From the sequence record OQ703618.1: a stretch of DNA of 64,000 bases. The stretch is one strand, 5' to 3'. The notes beneath the pieces were generated by a model. That model did no database searches. It was not told the DNA's origin and was given only the letters and a program-made list of their open reading frames with translations. The position numbers and the translations under genes are program-made. Origin of the DNA: Escherichia phage GADS24. The first letter of the stretch is position 1; each line of letters opens with the position of its first letter. Shown piece after piece: positions 23,160 to 34,488 of this stretch.

Positions 23160-23406
23160 AAAGCTCGACTACCTCTTCGTTTTCAGCTTCAAATTGATCA
23201 CGAGCGTCTTTATGATAAAGAGCTAACAAACGATTAAACATTTTTCCATCAACGCCAAGCTCTTCTTTAGCACGAGTACGAATGTCTTTAATCAGTTCGT
23301 TATAACCAGAAATTTTAAGTTTGTTATCGGAAGCTTCCTTGACTAGTTTAGCCAGTTCTTCACCATGCACATCTTGATTAAATTCAACTGCTTCTTTCTT
23401 AGCCAT
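23137..23406 (-). CDS. dsbA: DsbA double-stranded DNA-binding protein
   Basis: Start placed at ATG 23404-23406 (MAKKEAVEF...) with GAGGT RBS, giving 89 aa as in T4. Confidence 0.85.
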   Translation of the reverse strand: MAKKEAVEFNQDVHGEELAKLVKEASDNKLKISGYNELIKDIRTRAKEELGVDGKMFNRLLALYHKDARDQFEAENEEVVELYDTVFTK

Positions 23407-23413
23407 GTTTACC

Positions 23414-24331
23414 TCAGAATTCATTAATTACACTTGTTAATTTAGAAAGACCAGATTTTACAAAGTATGAATAAATCTTGCCTTTAGGTTGTGGTTTATA
23501 TGAGTTATAATACTCTATAATGGTTGAAGCAATATTATCAGGGATATAATCAAAATCAATGAGAACCAAATTTTCTTGATACCGTTTATATTCTTCAGCA
23601 CTTAATAATACTTCAGCTTGAGAACGGTCGTTAGCAATTGCTTCAATAATTGATGTTTTCATGCTCGGAGTTCGTTCACCATCAACTCTAGTAAACCAGA
23701 AGTCGCCACGAACTCGAACAGATGCAACACCATCCTTACGGTCGCCTTTAAGAATTTTAGTCATGCAATCAATTTCAGCAGAACCGTTCTTAATTTTAAC
23801 CCATTTTTTCTGTGGTGGCGACCACTGTTTAACGTTAGGATATTTATGTAATTGTGTAAAGTCACCATCTGATGCAACAATACATACCTTATGTCCAGCT
23901 AATGACAAATATTTGGTTAATACACCAATATGGTCATCCGCTTCATACTTGTCAATATCCATTACAACGTATGGCATGTATTTCTTAATCTCATCAACAA
24001 CTTGATGGAGTGCAGTAAAATATCCTTCCCAATCCCACTTTGAAGCTTCACGATCGGTTTTACGATTTTTCTTGTAATAGTAAGCAAAGTCACGACGCCA
24101 ATAACCTGAAGTAGCATTATCCATACACAATACAAATTTTGTATAGCCTTGCTTACGGAACATCACTACGTTTTTACGAATTGAATTCAAGATTACATGG
24201 CGAACCATCGGAACAGTAATTTTATCGCCATCTTCAAAGTTGTTTAATGCAGCTGCCAATGCAATGTTACTAAAGTCGGCAAGTGCAATACCTTCTTTGT
24301 AATCTTCATCCAACATCATTTCTAAATCCAT
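23414..24331 (-). CDS. rnh: RNase H (5'-3' exonuclease/flap endonuclease)
   Basis: 305 aa matching T4 RNase H length and sequence; synteny. Confidence 0.95.
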   Translation of the reverse strand: MDLEMMLDEDYKEGIALADFSNIALAAALNNFEDGDKITVPMVRHVILNSIRKNVVMFRKQGYTKFVLCMDNATSGYWRRDFAYYYKKNRKTDREASKWDWEGYFTALHQVVDEIKKYMPYVVMDIDKYEADDHIGVLTKYLSLAGHKVCIVASDGDFTQLHKYPNVKQWSPPQKKWVKIKNGSAEIDCMTKILKGDRKDGVASVRVRGDFWFTRVDGERTPSMKTSIIEAIANDRSQAEVLLSAEEYKRYQENLVLIDFDYIPDNIASTIIEYYNSYKPQPKGKIYSYFVKSGLSKLTSVINEF

Positions 24332-24363
24332 ATGAACCTCTTGTTCAGTTAGTCAACTTGTCT

Positions 24364-24393
24364 ATAGTAACATACTCATTTGAAAGCGTAAAC
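24364..24393 (-). promoter_or_regulatory. T4-type early promoter for rnh (GTTTAC, 18 nt, TACTAT)
   Basis: Motif match in divergent intergenic region. Confidence 0.45.
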
Positions 24394-24396
24394 TGG

Positions 24397-24404
24397 TATA
24401 AATA
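24397..24404 (+). promoter_or_regulatory. Late promoter TATAAATA for gene 34
   Basis: Exact TATAAATA 32 nt upstream of gp34 ATG. Confidence 0.6.
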
Positions 24405-24435
24405 AGTATTATTGAAACAATAAAGGAAAAAACGA

Positions 24436-27400
24436 ATGGCCGACATCAAACGTAAGTTCAGAGCCGAAGACGGTCTGGACGCCGGTGGCGACAAGATTGT
24501 TAACGTAGCATTAGCCGACCGTACAGTAGGTACTGATGGCGTAAACGTTGACTTCCTGGTACAAGAAAACACCGTTCAAGTATATGATTCTACGCGTGGA
24601 TATAACAAAGGATTTGTTGTTCTTTATGACAACCGTTTATATCAAGCAATAAATGATATCGTGTCTCCTTCCGGGGCATTTAACCTTTTACAATGGCGTG
24701 CAGTTCGTACCGATGCACAATGGATAACTGTCGCTTCTGGGACTTATCAACTTTCTTCAGGTGAATCGATTTCGGTTAACACTGGTGCCGGCAATGATAT
24801 GGTTTTCACGTTGCCAAATGCGCCGGTTGATGGTGATACTGTTGTTTTGGCTGATATTGGTGGAAGAACCGGTACAGTTAAAGTACAGATTAACGCGTCT
24901 GTGCAGAGTATTTTAAACTTTAGAGGTGAACAAGTTCGTACAGTTTTAATGACGCGTCCGCGTTCACAACTATTGTTTGTGTTTAGTAATCGTTTGTGGC
25001 AGATGTATATTACCGATTATGGTAAAGAATCAATCACTGTTACACCTGCGGCACCATATCAAGCACAAGCAAATGATTTTATCGTTCGTCGTTTTACTAG
25101 TGCAGCACCAATCAACATTACACTTCCACGTAATGCTAACAATGGTGATATAATCAGCCTAGTCGATTTAGATGGATTAAACCCACTGTATCATACAATT
25201 GTTAAAACATTTGATGATACAACGTCTATTGGCGAAGTCGGGACTCATATTGCCGAAGGCAGAAATGACTCTGACGCGTTTTTTGTTTTTGATGCTGCAA
25301 GTAGTTTATGGCGTATATGTGAAGGCGACCAGAAATCGCGTCTTCGTATTATCCGTGCGGATTCAAATATTCGTCCAAATGAAGAAGTTCTTATTTTTGG
25401 CACAAATAACGCTACAACCGGAACTATTAATCTTACGCTGCCTACCGGAATTTTGAGTGGTGACACTGTTAAAATTTCAATGAACTACATGCGTAAAGGC
25501 CAAACAGTAAAAATTAAAGCTGCCGAAGGTGATACAATTGCTTCTTCTGTTGCATTGCTTCAGTTCCCTAAACGTTCTGAATATCCACCTGATGCTCAAT
25601 GGGTCTCTGTTACTGAACTAGAATTCAATGGCACTACTTCATATGTTCCTGTATTAGAATTAGCGTATATCGAAGACACCGATTCTGACACTCATTATTG
25701 GGTTGTGCAACAGAATGTCCCTACGGTAGAACGTGTTGATGCTGGATCTGATGCTACACGAGCTCGTTTAGGTGTTATTGCTCTTGCTACTCAAGCGCAA
25801 GCAAATGTTGATTTAGAGAATACTCCAGCTAAAGAAGTTGCTATTACTCCTGAAACGTTGGCAAATCGTACAGCAACTGAATCTCGACGTGGTATCGCCA
25901 AAATTGCTACAACAGCGCAAGTTAACCAGAATTCCACAGCATCATTTGTGGACGATACTATTGTTACGCCTAAAAAACTAAATGAGCGTACAGCAACTGA
26001 AACTCGTCGCGGTCTTGCTGAAATTGCTACTCAGACTGAAACCGATGCTGGTCTTGATGACACAACGATTATTACACCTAAGAAATTGCAGGCACGCCAG
26101 GGTTCTGAAACGCTGTCTGGTATAGTTAAATATGTATCAACTACTTCTGCTACTCCTGCTGAAACTCGTGGTGCCGCAGGCACTAATGTTTATAATAAAA
26201 CCATAAATAATTTAACTATTTCTCCTAAAGCCCTTGACCAATATAAAGCAACTTATGCTCAACAAGGTGCGGTAATTTTAGCTGTTGATAGTGAAGTAAT
26301 TGCTGGTCAATCACAAGCAGGTTATTCTCACGCTGTAGTAACTCCTGAAACACTACATAAGAAAACTTCTACTGATGGACGTATTGGTTTAATTGAAATT
26401 GCTACGCAAGCAGAAACTAATGCTGGGACTGATTATACACGTGCAGTAACGCCTAAGACGTTAAATGATAGGAGAGCGACGGAAGGATTATCCGGCATAG
26501 CCGAAATTGCTACGCAAGTTGAATTTGATACTGGAACTGATGATACTCGTATCTCGACTCCACTGAAAATTAAAACTCATTTTGATTCTTCTGACCGTAC
26601 CAGTGTTAATTCTGATTCCGGACTTATTGAAGAAGGAACCTTGTGGAACCATTATACTCTTGATATTTCTAAAGCAAATGAAACACAACGTGGTACACTT
26701 CGCGTAGCGACCCAGGCAGAATCTAATGCAGGAACTTTAGATGATGTTCTTATTACTCCTAAAAAGCTTTTAGGGACTAAGTCCACTGAAACGTCTGAAG
26801 GCGTAATTAAGGTTGCTACTCAGGCTGAAACTGTAACAGGAACGTCAGCAAATACTGCTGTATCTCCTAAGAATTTAAAATGGATTGTCCAGTCTGAACC
26901 AACATGGGCTGCTACTACGGCGATAAGAGGTTTTGTTAAAACTTCATCTGGTTCAATTACATTCGTTGGTAATGATACAGTCGGTTCTACACAGAACTTA
27001 GAGCTATACGAGAAAAATAGCTATGCAGTATCACCATATGAATTAAACCGTGTACTTGCTAACTATTTGCCATTAAAAGCAAAAGCTGCTGACGCAAATT
27101 TATTAGATGGCCTAGATTCATCTCAGTTCATTCGTAGGGACATTGCACAGACGGTTAATGGTTCACTAACCTTAACCCAACAAACGAATCTGAGTGCCCC
27201 TCTTGTATCATCTAGTACCGCTACGTTTGGTGGATCAGTTTCGGCAAATAGTACATTAACTATTTCTAATACTGGAACGGCAACTCGTCTGATTTTTGAA
27301 AAAGGACCTCAGACTGGAACTAACCCAGTACAGACGATGACTATCAGAGTTTGGGGAAATCAGTTTGGTGGTGGTTCAGATACAACACGTTCTACCGTAT

Positions 27401-28311
27401 TTGAAGTTGGCGATGAAACGTCTAATCACTTTTATTCTCAACGTAATAAAGCTGGTAATATAACGTTTAGCATTAATGGTACTGTAATGCCAATAAATGT
27501 TAACGCTTCGGGTTCATTGAATGCGAATGGCGTAGCAACATTTGGTAGTTCAGTTACTGCTAATGGCGAATTCATCAGCAAGTCTGCAAATGCTTTCAGA
27601 GCAATAAACGGTGATTACGGATTCTTTATTCGTAATGATGCTGCTAATACCTATTTTATGCTCACTGCATCAGGTGATCAGACTGGCGGATTTAATGGAT
27701 TACGTCCTTTAGCTATTAATAACGCATCTGGTCAAGTAACGATTGGTGAAAGCTTAATCATCGCCAAAGGTGCTACTATAAATTCAGGTGGTTTAACTGT
27801 TAACTCGAGAATTCGTTCTCAGGGTACTAAAACATCTGATTTATATACCCGTGCACCAACATCTGATACTGTAGGATTCTGGTCAATAGATATTAACGAT
27901 TCAGCCACTTATAACCAGTTCCCAGGTTATTTTAAAATGGTTGAAAAAACTAATGAAGTGACTGGACTTCCATACTTAGAACGTGGTGAAGAAGTTAAAT
28001 CTCCTGGTACATTGACTCAGTTTGGTAATACGCTTGATTCGCTTTACCAAGATTGGATTACTTATCCAACAACTCCGGAAGCACGTACCACTCGCTGGAC
28101 ACGTACATGGCAGAAAACTAAAAATTCTTGGTCAAGTTTTGTTCAGGTATTTGATGGTGGAAACCCTCCTCAACCTTCTGATATTGGCGCTTTACCTTCT
28201 GATAATGCAACAATCGGAAACTTGACAATAAGGGATTTCTTAAGGATTGGTAATGTCCGCATTATTCCAGACCCTGTGAATAAATCTGTTAAATTCGAGT
28301 GGATTGAATAA
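24436..28311 (+). CDS. 34: long tail fibre proximal subunit gp34
   Basis: 1291 aa; extensive match to T4 gp34 including N-terminus MA.IKR.FRAEDGLDAGGDKI.NVALADRTVGTDGVNVD and C-terminus. Confidence 0.97.
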   Translation: MADIKRKFRAEDGLDAGGDKIVNVALADRTVGTDGVNVDFLVQENTVQVYDSTRGYNKGFVVLYDNRLYQAINDIVSPSGAFNLLQWRAVRTDAQWITVASGTYQLSSGESISVNTGAGNDMVFTLPNAPVDGDTVVLADIGGRTGTVKVQINASVQSILNFRGEQVRTVLMTRPRSQLLFVFSNRLWQMYITDYGKESITVTPAAPYQAQANDFIVRRFTSAAPINITLPRNANNGDIISLVDLDGLNPLYHTIVKTFDDTTSIGEVGTHIAEGRNDSDAFFVFDAASSLWRICEGDQKSRLRIIRADSNIRPNEEVLIFGTNNATTGTINLTLPTGILSGDTVKISMNYMRKGQTVKIKAAEGDTIASSVALLQFPKRSEYPPDAQWVSVTELEFNGTTSYVPVLELAYIEDTDSDTHYWVVQQNVPTVERVDAGSDATRARLGVIALATQAQANVDLENTPAKEVAITPETLANRTATESRRGIAKIATTAQVNQNSTASFVDDTIVTPKKLNERTATETRRGLAEIATQTETDAGLDDTTIITPKKLQARQGSETLSGIVKYVSTTSATPAETRGAAGTNVYNKTINNLTISPKALDQYKATYAQQGAVILAVDSEVIAGQSQAGYSHAVVTPETLHKKTSTDGRIGLIEIATQAETNAGTDYTRAVTPKTLNDRRATEGLSGIAEIATQVEFDTGTDDTRISTPLKIKTHFDSSDRTSVNSDSGLIEEGTLWNHYTLDISKANETQRGTLRVATQAESNAGTLDDVLITPKKLLGTKSTETSEGVIKVATQAETVTGTSANTAVSPKNLKWIVQSEPTWAATTAIRGFVKTSSGSITFVGNDTVGSTQNLELYEKNSYAVSPYELNRVLANYLPLKAKAADANLLDGLDSSQFIRRDIAQTVNGSLTLTQQTNLSAPLVSSSTATFGGSVSANSTLTISNTGTATRLIFEKGPQTGTNPVQTMTIRVWGNQFGGGSDTTRSTVFEVGDETSNHFYSQRNKAGNITFSINGTVMPINVNASGSLNANGVATFGSSVTANGEFISKSANAFRAINGDYGFFIRNDAANTYFMLTASGDQTGGFNGLRPLAINNASGQVTIGESLIIAKGATINSGGLTVNSRIRSQGTKTSDLYTRAPTSDTVGFWSIDINDSATYNQFPGYFKMVEKTNEVTGLPYLERGEEVKSPGTLTQFGNTLDSLYQDWITYPTTPEARTTRWTRTWQKTKNSWSSFVQVFDGGNPPQPSDIGALPSDNATIGNLTIRDFLRIGNVRIIPDPVNKSVKFEWIE

Positions 28312-28319
28312 GAGGTATT

Positions 28320-29447
28320 ATGGAAAAATTTATGGCTAAGTTTGGACAAGGATACGTCCAAACGCCATTTTTATCGGAAAGCAATTCAGTACGATTTAAA
28401 TTAAGCATAGCGGGATCTTGCCCGCTATCAACATCTCCTGCTTATATTAAGTTTCAAGATAATCCACTTGGGTCCCAGGTTTTTTCCGTTGGATTAAACG
28501 TTCGTGTAATAAATCCTACAACAGGTGCAGTAGTTGAATCTAAGTCATATAATTTCTCTACTGAAAACGACGCCACGTCAAGTGCATTTGTTACTTACAT
28601 GGACACATATGCTTCAAATTTTATATTTGCTCTTGTTACTAACGCTAAAACAAACTTTCCACCTGAAGTTCTCGCATGGTTTACTAAAGCTGGGAGTTCT
28701 GTTATTCCATTAGCTCAACAAGTTTTAAATATAGTGGACATTTCTTATTCAGCATTTTATATTTCTGGTAAGAATGCTATAGCACTAGAACATATTAAGT
28801 ATAGTAATAAGAAAACTTCAACCGACTATAGTACACCACTTGATGTTGTGTACGACACGATTGATGATATTGGTGCTACCGGCTTCCCTAGACGTACGTA
28901 TGAATCGTCAGACACATTTTTATCTGCTGTTGGAGGTACTAATAATGAAATTAAAAGGATGCCTACAACATCCATTATTACACCTCTCGCTGGGTATAAA
29001 TTGAAGCCTGGAGATTTCCTTTATATGAAATTCCAACTAATGGCCGATGCTGATTTGTTAGCACAAGGGACGACACGACTTTCTATTCGTTTCTTTAAAT
29101 CTCCTTCTACTTCACCTATTTCATTTAAGGATATAAACTTTGATGGGGGCGCAGGTGAATGGAAGATATATGAAGACTACATAGAAATTCCTGGTGGTGC
29201 TGATGGGTTCACGATTTATTGTTATCGTACGGCTCCAGTCGGGCAAGGTGGATTAAGAAACGTTATATTCACTGAAGTATCATGTAATGGAAGCGTTTCA
29301 AAACCTGCCGAGTTTGGTATAAATGGTATTCGTGTAAATTACGTTTCAGAATCTTTAAGTGCTCCAGACATAATGACATTACCTACTCAATCTTCAACCG
29401 ATACTGGTAAGGTATTTGGTCAAGAATTTAAAGAAGCATCAGAATAA
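28320..29447 (+). CDS. 35: long tail fibre hinge connector gp35
   Basis: 375 aa; synteny. Confidence 0.9.
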   Translation: MEKFMAKFGQGYVQTPFLSESNSVRFKLSIAGSCPLSTSPAYIKFQDNPLGSQVFSVGLNVRVINPTTGAVVESKSYNFSTENDATSSAFVTYMDTYASNFIFALVTNAKTNFPPEVLAWFTKAGSSVIPLAQQVLNIVDISYSAFYISGKNAIALEHIKYSNKKTSTDYSTPLDVVYDTIDDIGATGFPRRTYESSDTFLSAVGGTNNEIKRMPTTSIITPLAGYKLKPGDFLYMKFQLMADADLLAQGTTRLSIRFFKSPSTSPISFKDINFDGGAGEWKIYEDYIEIPGGADGFTIYCYRTAPVGQGGLRNVIFTEVSCNGSVSKPAEFGINGIRVNYVSESLSAPDIMTLPTQSSTDTGKVFGQEFKEASE

Positions 29448-29452
29448 ATTTA

Positions 29453-29476
29453 GGGAGACTTCGGTCTCCCATTTTT
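29453..29476 (+). terminator. Intrinsic terminator GGGAGAC-UUCG-GUCUCCC plus T5
   Basis: Hairpin 29453-29470 followed by TTTTT after gp35 stop. Confidence 0.6.
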
Positions 29477-29477
29477 G

Positions 29478-29485
29478 TATAAATA
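29478..29485 (+). promoter_or_regulatory. Late promoter TATAAATA for gene 36
   Basis: Exact TATAAATA 25 nt upstream of gp36 ATG. Confidence 0.6.
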
Positions 29486-29509
29486 TGGTATACATATAAG
29501 GAGACAACT

Positions 29510-30172
29510 ATGGCCGATTTAAAAGCTGGTAGTACAACTGGCGGTGCTGTCATATGGCATCAAGGTAATTTCCCTTTAATGCCAGCAGGTGATGACGTCC
29601 TGTATAAAACGTTTAAACTCTATTCAGAATATAATAAACCACAAGCTGCTGATAACGATTTCGTTTCTAAAGCTAATGGTGGTACTTACGCTGCAACTGT
29701 TCGATTTAATGGAGGCGTACATGTTCCTACTGTAGGTAGTAGTCAACAATGCGGTGTTTATCCAGGTAACGGTGATGCAGCTACTTTTGCTATGGCAAAT
29801 ATTGACATCGTTTCGTGGAATGGTATTGGTTTTAAGTCATCACAAGGTTCAGCCGACCGAACTGTTGTAATTAATGCACGTAATGGTGATATTAGTACAA
29901 AAGGCGTTGTGTCAGCAGTAGGTCAAATAAGAAGTAATGCAGTTGCTCCAGTTGCAGCAAATGATCTCACAAGAAAAGATTATGTTGATGGACGAATAAA
30001 TATTGTTACGGATAACGCAAATTCTCGTGTATTGCGTAAAGGCGATACCATGACTGGTACTTTAACAGCACCAAACTTTTTCTCACAGAATCCGGCGTCT
30101 GAGGCTAATCATGTTCCTCGTTTCGACCAGATTGTAATTAAGGATTCTGTTCAAGATTTCGGCTATTATTAA
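29510..30172 (+). CDS. 36: long tail fibre distal connector gp36
   Basis: 220 aa; matches T4 gp36; synteny. Confidence 0.92.
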   Translation: MADLKAGSTTGGAVIWHQGNFPLMPAGDDVLYKTFKLYSEYNKPQAADNDFVSKANGGTYAATVRFNGGVHVPTVGSSQQCGVYPGNGDAATFAMANIDIVSWNGIGFKSSQGSADRTVVINARNGDISTKGVVSAVGQIRSNAVAPVAANDLTRKDYVDGRINIVTDNANSRVLRKGDTMTGTLTAPNFFSQNPASEANHVPRFDQIVIKDSVQDFGYY

Positions 30173-30180
30173 GAGGACTT

Positions 30181-33100
30181 ATGGCTACTTTAAAACAAAT
30201 ACAATTTAAAAGAAGCAAAATCGCAGGTGCCCGTCCTGCTGCTTCAGTATTAGCCGAAGGTGAATTGGCTATAAACTTAAAAGATAGAACAATTTTTACT
30301 AAAGACGATTCAGGAAATATCATCGATTTAAGCATTTCCGCTGGCGGTAATATCAGTGGAAATGTAACTATTGACGGAACTTTACGCGTCAATGGACCAA
30401 TAAACAATTTTGGAAATTTTTCCACAAGTGGCCAGATTACCGCTGGTAGTAGTATTTCAGCTCAAGTTTTTAGAGCATTGCAAGGTTCATTTTATACAAG
30501 AGCAACAAACGATACTGCAAATGCCCATCTTTGGTTTGAAAATACAAATGGATCGGAGAGAGGTGTTTTATATTCAAAACCACAGTCTGAAAATGAAGGC
30601 GTAATTACAATGCGTGTTCGCCAAGGAACCGCAGCAGGGGCTCAAAATTCAGAATTTCATTTCATTTCTACTGATGGTGGTATTTTCCAGGCACGCAAGT
30701 TAACTGCTTTAACTTCTATTAGTACACCAACTATTAGTGTTAATTTAATTAATCACGATTCTAAAGCCTTTGGACAATATGATTCTCAATCTTTGGTCAA
30801 CTATGTTTATCCTGGCACCGGTGAAACGAATGGTGTAAACTATCTTCGTAAAGTTCGTGCTAAATCCGGTGGCACTATGTGGCATGAGCTTTGTACTGCT
30901 CAGACAGGGCAAGCTGATGAAATGTCTTGGTGGACAGGTAATACCCCACAGTCAAAACAGTATGGTATTCGTAACGATGGTCGAATAGCTGGACGTAATA
31001 GCCTTGCATTAGGTACATTCACTACAGATTTCCCGTCTAGTGATTATGGTAACGTCGGTGTAATGGGCGATAAGTATCTTGTTCTCGGTGACACTGTAAC
31101 TGGCTTGTCATACAAAAAAACTGGTGTATTTGATCTAGTTGGTGGTGGATATTCTGTTGCTTCTATTACTCCTGACAGTTTCCGTAGTACTCGTAAAGGT
31201 ATATTTGGACGCTCAGAAGATCAAGGTACAACATGGATTATGCCTGGAACGAACGTTGCATTTTTATCAGTTCAAACCCAAGCTGATGAAAACACTGCTG
31301 GAGACGGTCAGACACATATTGGCTATAACTCAGGCGGAAAAATGAACCACTATTTCCGTGGTAAAGGCAAAACTAATATTAATACTCAAGAAGGCGTGGA
31401 AGTTAACCCGGGTATTTTGAAATTGGTAACTGGCTCGAATAATGTAATGTTTTATGCTGATGGCGGTATTACATCTGTTAAGCAGCTTTCAATATATAAC
31501 GGAATATATTTAGCAGCTAATAATTCTACTGCTGGGCTAACATTCGCTCCAACTACTACAGTTGATGGCACTAAGCAAATTTTGTGGGAAGGTGGTACTC
31601 GTGCTGGGCAGAATAAAAGCTATGTAACTGTTAAAGCGTGGGGTAATTCATTTAATGCATCTGGTGATCGTAATCGTGAAACAGTTTTTGAAGTAGCTGA
31701 CGGACAAGGTTATTATTTTTATTCCCAACGCGTAGCCCCAAGCGGCTCCGAAACTACTGGTCCTGTTGTAACCCAGTTTGCTGGAGCTGTTAATGCTAGA
31801 GGAAGTATTATTACTGACGGAAGTTTTAAAGTTAATGGATTAAGCACTTTAGTCGGTAATGTTACCATGTCTAATGGTTTGTTTGTTCAAGGTGGTTCTT
31901 CTATTACTGGACAAGTTAAAATTGGTGGAACAGCTGATGCATTAAGAATTTGGAATGCTGAATACGGGGCTATTTTCCGTCGTTCTGAAGATAAGCTTTA
32001 TATTATTCCAACTCCACAGAATGCTGGTGAATCAGGTGGTATTTCTAATTTACGTCCGTTCTATATTGCATTAAGTGATGGTAAAGTCAGCATGGGTCAT
32101 GATGTTGATATCGGCGGCGGTAGATTTAAAGTAGAAGCGGCTGGGACTACGGTTGGTCAACGCATAACAGTAAATATGGCATCAGATGCTATTAGAATAA
32201 ATGCCCCAACACAAGAATCTTCTAACTTCATCCAAGGACGTAAAGCAGATGTTCCAAAATGGTATTTAGGTATTGGCGATGGCGGCAACGTCGTTCGTAT
32301 GCACAGTTACACCTACTCCCATGGTATTGCATTAAACTCTGATACGGTTGATATAGCTAAACCTCTTAGAATAGGTTCAACCCAGATTGGTACTGATGGT
32401 AATATTACTGGTGGTTCTGGTAATTTTGCTAACTTGAATACCACAATAAATAACCTTAAGACGGATATTGTGTCGAGTTATCCAATTGGTGCTCCGATTC
32501 CTTGGCCAACGGATACTCCTCCTGAAGGTTATGCCATAATGGAAGGTCAAACATTTGATGTTGACTTGTATCCTAAATTAGCTGCGGTGTATCCTTCCGG
32601 CGCACTGCCTGATATGCGTGGTCAAACTATCAAGGGTAAACCATCTGGGCGTGATGTATTGAGTACAGAAGCAGACGGTGTTAAGTCACATAGCCATAGT
32701 GCAAGTGCATCAAGCACAGATTTGGGTACTAAAAATACGTCAAGTTTTGATTATGGTAATAAAACGACTTCAAGCTTTGATTATGGTACTAAGACCAGCA
32801 ATACCACAGGTAACCATGCTCATACGGTAAGTGGTACTACGAGTGCAGCTGGTAACCACCAGCACTCACAGACAGGCCCAAGAGGACCTAGTAACCAACC
32901 GACCGGGATATTTCCTAATGGGGCTACTCTAATTAGTGGGTCTCAGGTTGTTGGTTTTGGCCTAAGCAACGGTGTCGTGCCTGGTACAAGCCAATATATT
33001 GCAAAGTCGTCAACAGAAGGTAACCATACTCATAGTTGGTCTGGTACTACAAGCACTACAGGTAACCATGCTCATACGGTAGGTATTGGTGCTCATTCTC

Positions 33101-33237
33101 ATACTGTGGGTATTGGCGCTCATTCTCATACTGTTGCAATTGGTTCCCATGGACATACAATAACTGTAAATGCCACAGGAAATACAGAAAACACAGTTAA
33201 AAACGTTGCTTTTAACTATATCGTTCGTTTAGCATAA
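30181..33237 (+). CDS. 37: long tail fibre distal subunit gp37 (receptor-recognising), with C-terminal His-box array
   Basis: 1018 aa; N-terminal and central regions match T4 gp37 ([49 protein letters not shown]...); C-terminus [31 protein letters not shown] as in T4. Confidence 0.95.
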   Translation: MATLKQIQFKRSKIAGARPAASVLAEGELAINLKDRTIFTKDDSGNIIDLSISAGGNISGNVTIDGTLRVNGPINNFGNFSTSGQITAGSSISAQVFRALQGSFYTRATNDTANAHLWFENTNGSERGVLYSKPQSENEGVITMRVRQGTAAGAQNSEFHFISTDGGIFQARKLTALTSISTPTISVNLINHDSKAFGQYDSQSLVNYVYPGTGETNGVNYLRKVRAKSGGTMWHELCTAQTGQADEMSWWTGNTPQSKQYGIRNDGRIAGRNSLALGTFTTDFPSSDYGNVGVMGDKYLVLGDTVTGLSYKKTGVFDLVGGGYSVASITPDSFRSTRKGIFGRSEDQGTTWIMPGTNVAFLSVQTQADENTAGDGQTHIGYNSGGKMNHYFRGKGKTNINTQEGVEVNPGILKLVTGSNNVMFYADGGITSVKQLSIYNGIYLAANNSTAGLTFAPTTTVDGTKQILWEGGTRAGQNKSYVTVKAWGNSFNASGDRNRETVFEVADGQGYYFYSQRVAPSGSETTGPVVTQFAGAVNARGSIITDGSFKVNGLSTLVGNVTMSNGLFVQGGSSITGQVKIGGTADALRIWNAEYGAIFRRSEDKLYIIPTPQNAGESGGISNLRPFYIALSDGKVSMGHDVDIGGGRFKVEAAGTTVGQRITVNMASDAIRINAPTQESSNFIQGRKADVPKWYLGIGDGGNVVRMHSYTYSHGIALNSDTVDIAKPLRIGSTQIGTDGNITGGSGNFANLNTTINNLKTDIVSSYPIGAPIPWPTDTPPEGYAIMEGQTFDVDLYPKLAAVYPSGALPDMRGQTIKGKPSGRDVLSTEADGVKSHSHSASASSTDLGTKNTSSFDYGNKTTSSFDYGTKTSNTTGNHAHTVSGTTSAAGNHQHSQTGPRGPSNQPTGIFPNGATLISGSQVVGFGLSNGVVPGTSQYIAKSSTEGNHTHSWSGTTSTTGNHAHTVGIGAHSHTVGIGAHSHTVAIGSHGHTITVNATGNTENTVKNVAFNYIVRLA

Positions 33238-33267
33238 GGAGAAGGGACTTCTGTCCCTTTTTATAAT
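33236..33267 (+). promoter_or_regulatory. Gene 38 split ribosome-binding site: SD AAGGAG, GGGAC-UUCU-GUCCC hairpin, U-tract, AUG
   Basis: SD at 33236-33241 is 26 nt from AUG 33268 but hairpin 33245-33258 would bring them together; also acts as terminator-like element after gene 37. Confidence 0.5.
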
Positions 33268-33819
33268 ATGAAACTCTATCACTATTATTTTGACACTAAA
33301 GAATTTTACAAAGAAGAAAATTATAAACCATTAAAAGGCGTAGGATTTCCGGCTCATTCAACACCAAAAAAACCTTTAGACCCTAAAGAAGGCTATGCTG
33401 TTATATTTGACGAACGCGAGCAAGAATGGGTATATGTTGAAGACCATCGTGGAAAAACAGTATGGACTTATGATAAGCAAAAAATTGTTATTGACACCCC
33501 AGGTGCTCTTCAAAATGTTACTACAGAAGAACCTGGTGAATTTGACATTTGGACTGGCGACGGGTGGAAGGAAGATGAAGCATATAAACGCGTAGTTCAA
33601 CGTGATAAGAAAATTCATGAACTCTATAAATTATTCAGTGTTTTAAGTTCTCTTATTGACGCAGAGGTTGCTAATAGAGAAGAAAAACGAAAATTTAAAG
33701 AGCTCAAAAAATTCTTTGCCCTTTTAGAAAAACACGAACATCTTGGCGGTGAATTCCCTAAATTCCCTGACCTTGAAAACAAATCTATTGTCAAAGCGAT
33801 TATAAATATCTTTAAGTAA
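33268..33819 (+). CDS. 38: gp38 tail fibre assembly chaperone (T4-type)
   Basis: 183 aa matching T4 gp38 (M.IYHYYFDTKEFYKEENYKP...FALLEKHEHLGGEFP). Confidence 0.9.
   Translation: MKLYHYYFDTKEFYKEENYKPLKGVGFPAHSTPKKPLDPKEGYAVIFDEREQEWVYVEDHRGKTVWTYDKQKIVIDTPGALQNVTTEEPGEFDIWTGDGWKEDEAYKRVVQRDKKIHELYKLFSVLSSLIDAEVANREEKRKFKELKKFFALLEKHEHLGGEFPKFPDLENKSIVKAIINIFK
33801..33808 (+). promoter_or_regulatory. Late promoter TATAAATA for holin t
   Basis: Exact TATAAATA inside 3' end of gene 38, 21 nt upstream of t ATG. Confidence 0.55.
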
Positions 33820-33828
33820 GGAGGTATT

Positions 33829-34488
33829 ATGGCAACACCAAAAGTATCATTTTCACTTAGTGATATTCTATTTGGGTTGCTAGATCGTATTTTCAAAGAT
33901 AACGCTACTGGAAAGGTTTTAATGTCCCGAGTAGCGGTAATTATTCTTTTGTTCCTAATGGCACTAATATGGTACAAAGGAAGTATTTTGCTGGATTATT
34001 ACGTAAGAGCTAAGTATGATACTTATACTGAAATAATCCAAAAAGAACGAGCTTTACGTTTTGAATCTGCGGCTCTAGAACAACTGCAAATAGTTCATAT
34101 CTCATCTGGTGCAGATTTTAGTGCTGTGTATTCTTTCAGACCTAAAAACTTAAATTATTTTGTCGACCTTATAGCTTATGAAGGCAAACTACCTAGCACA
34201 ATTTCTGAAAAGTCCCTTGGTGGATTCCCGGTGGATAAAACGGCCGATGAATATATAATTCATTTAAGCGGCCGTCATTTCTCATCTAAATCAGAATTTG
34301 CATTTTTGCCTACAAAATCTAAGACTGCCGAACTTTCTTATATGTATAGTTGTCCATACTTTAATTTGGATAACATCTATGCTGGAACTGTGACGATGTA
34401 TTGGTATAAGGGGAATAATATACTTGAGGAGGACCGCTTAGCGGCTATATGCAACCAAGCGGTCCGAATACTAGGAAGGGCTAAATAA
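33829..34488 (+). CDS. t: holin T
   Basis: 219 aa matching T4 holin (..SFS.SDILFG.LDR.FKDNATGKVL.SRVAV...CPYFNLDNIYAGT.TMYWY). Confidence 0.93.
   Translation: MATPKVSFSLSDILFGLLDRIFKDNATGKVLMSRVAVIILLFLMALIWYKGSILLDYYVRAKYDTYTEIIQKERALRFESAALEQLQIVHISSGADFSAVYSFRPKNLNYFVDLIAYEGKLPSTISEKSLGGFPVDKTADEYIIHLSGRHFSSKSEFAFLPTKSKTAELSYMYSCPYFNLDNIYAGTVTMYWYKGNNILEEDRLAAICNQAVRILGRAK

Noticed and set aside
24345-24572. Minus-strand 75-aa track ORF spanning the rnh-34 intergenic region
   Set aside because: Overlaps the gp34 start and promoter region; no RBS; would read through the divergent promoters
33241-33262. Calling the gene 37-38 hairpin purely as a terminator
   Set aside because: Its position between the only SD and the gp38 AUG argues for a dual role; reported as a split RBS instead
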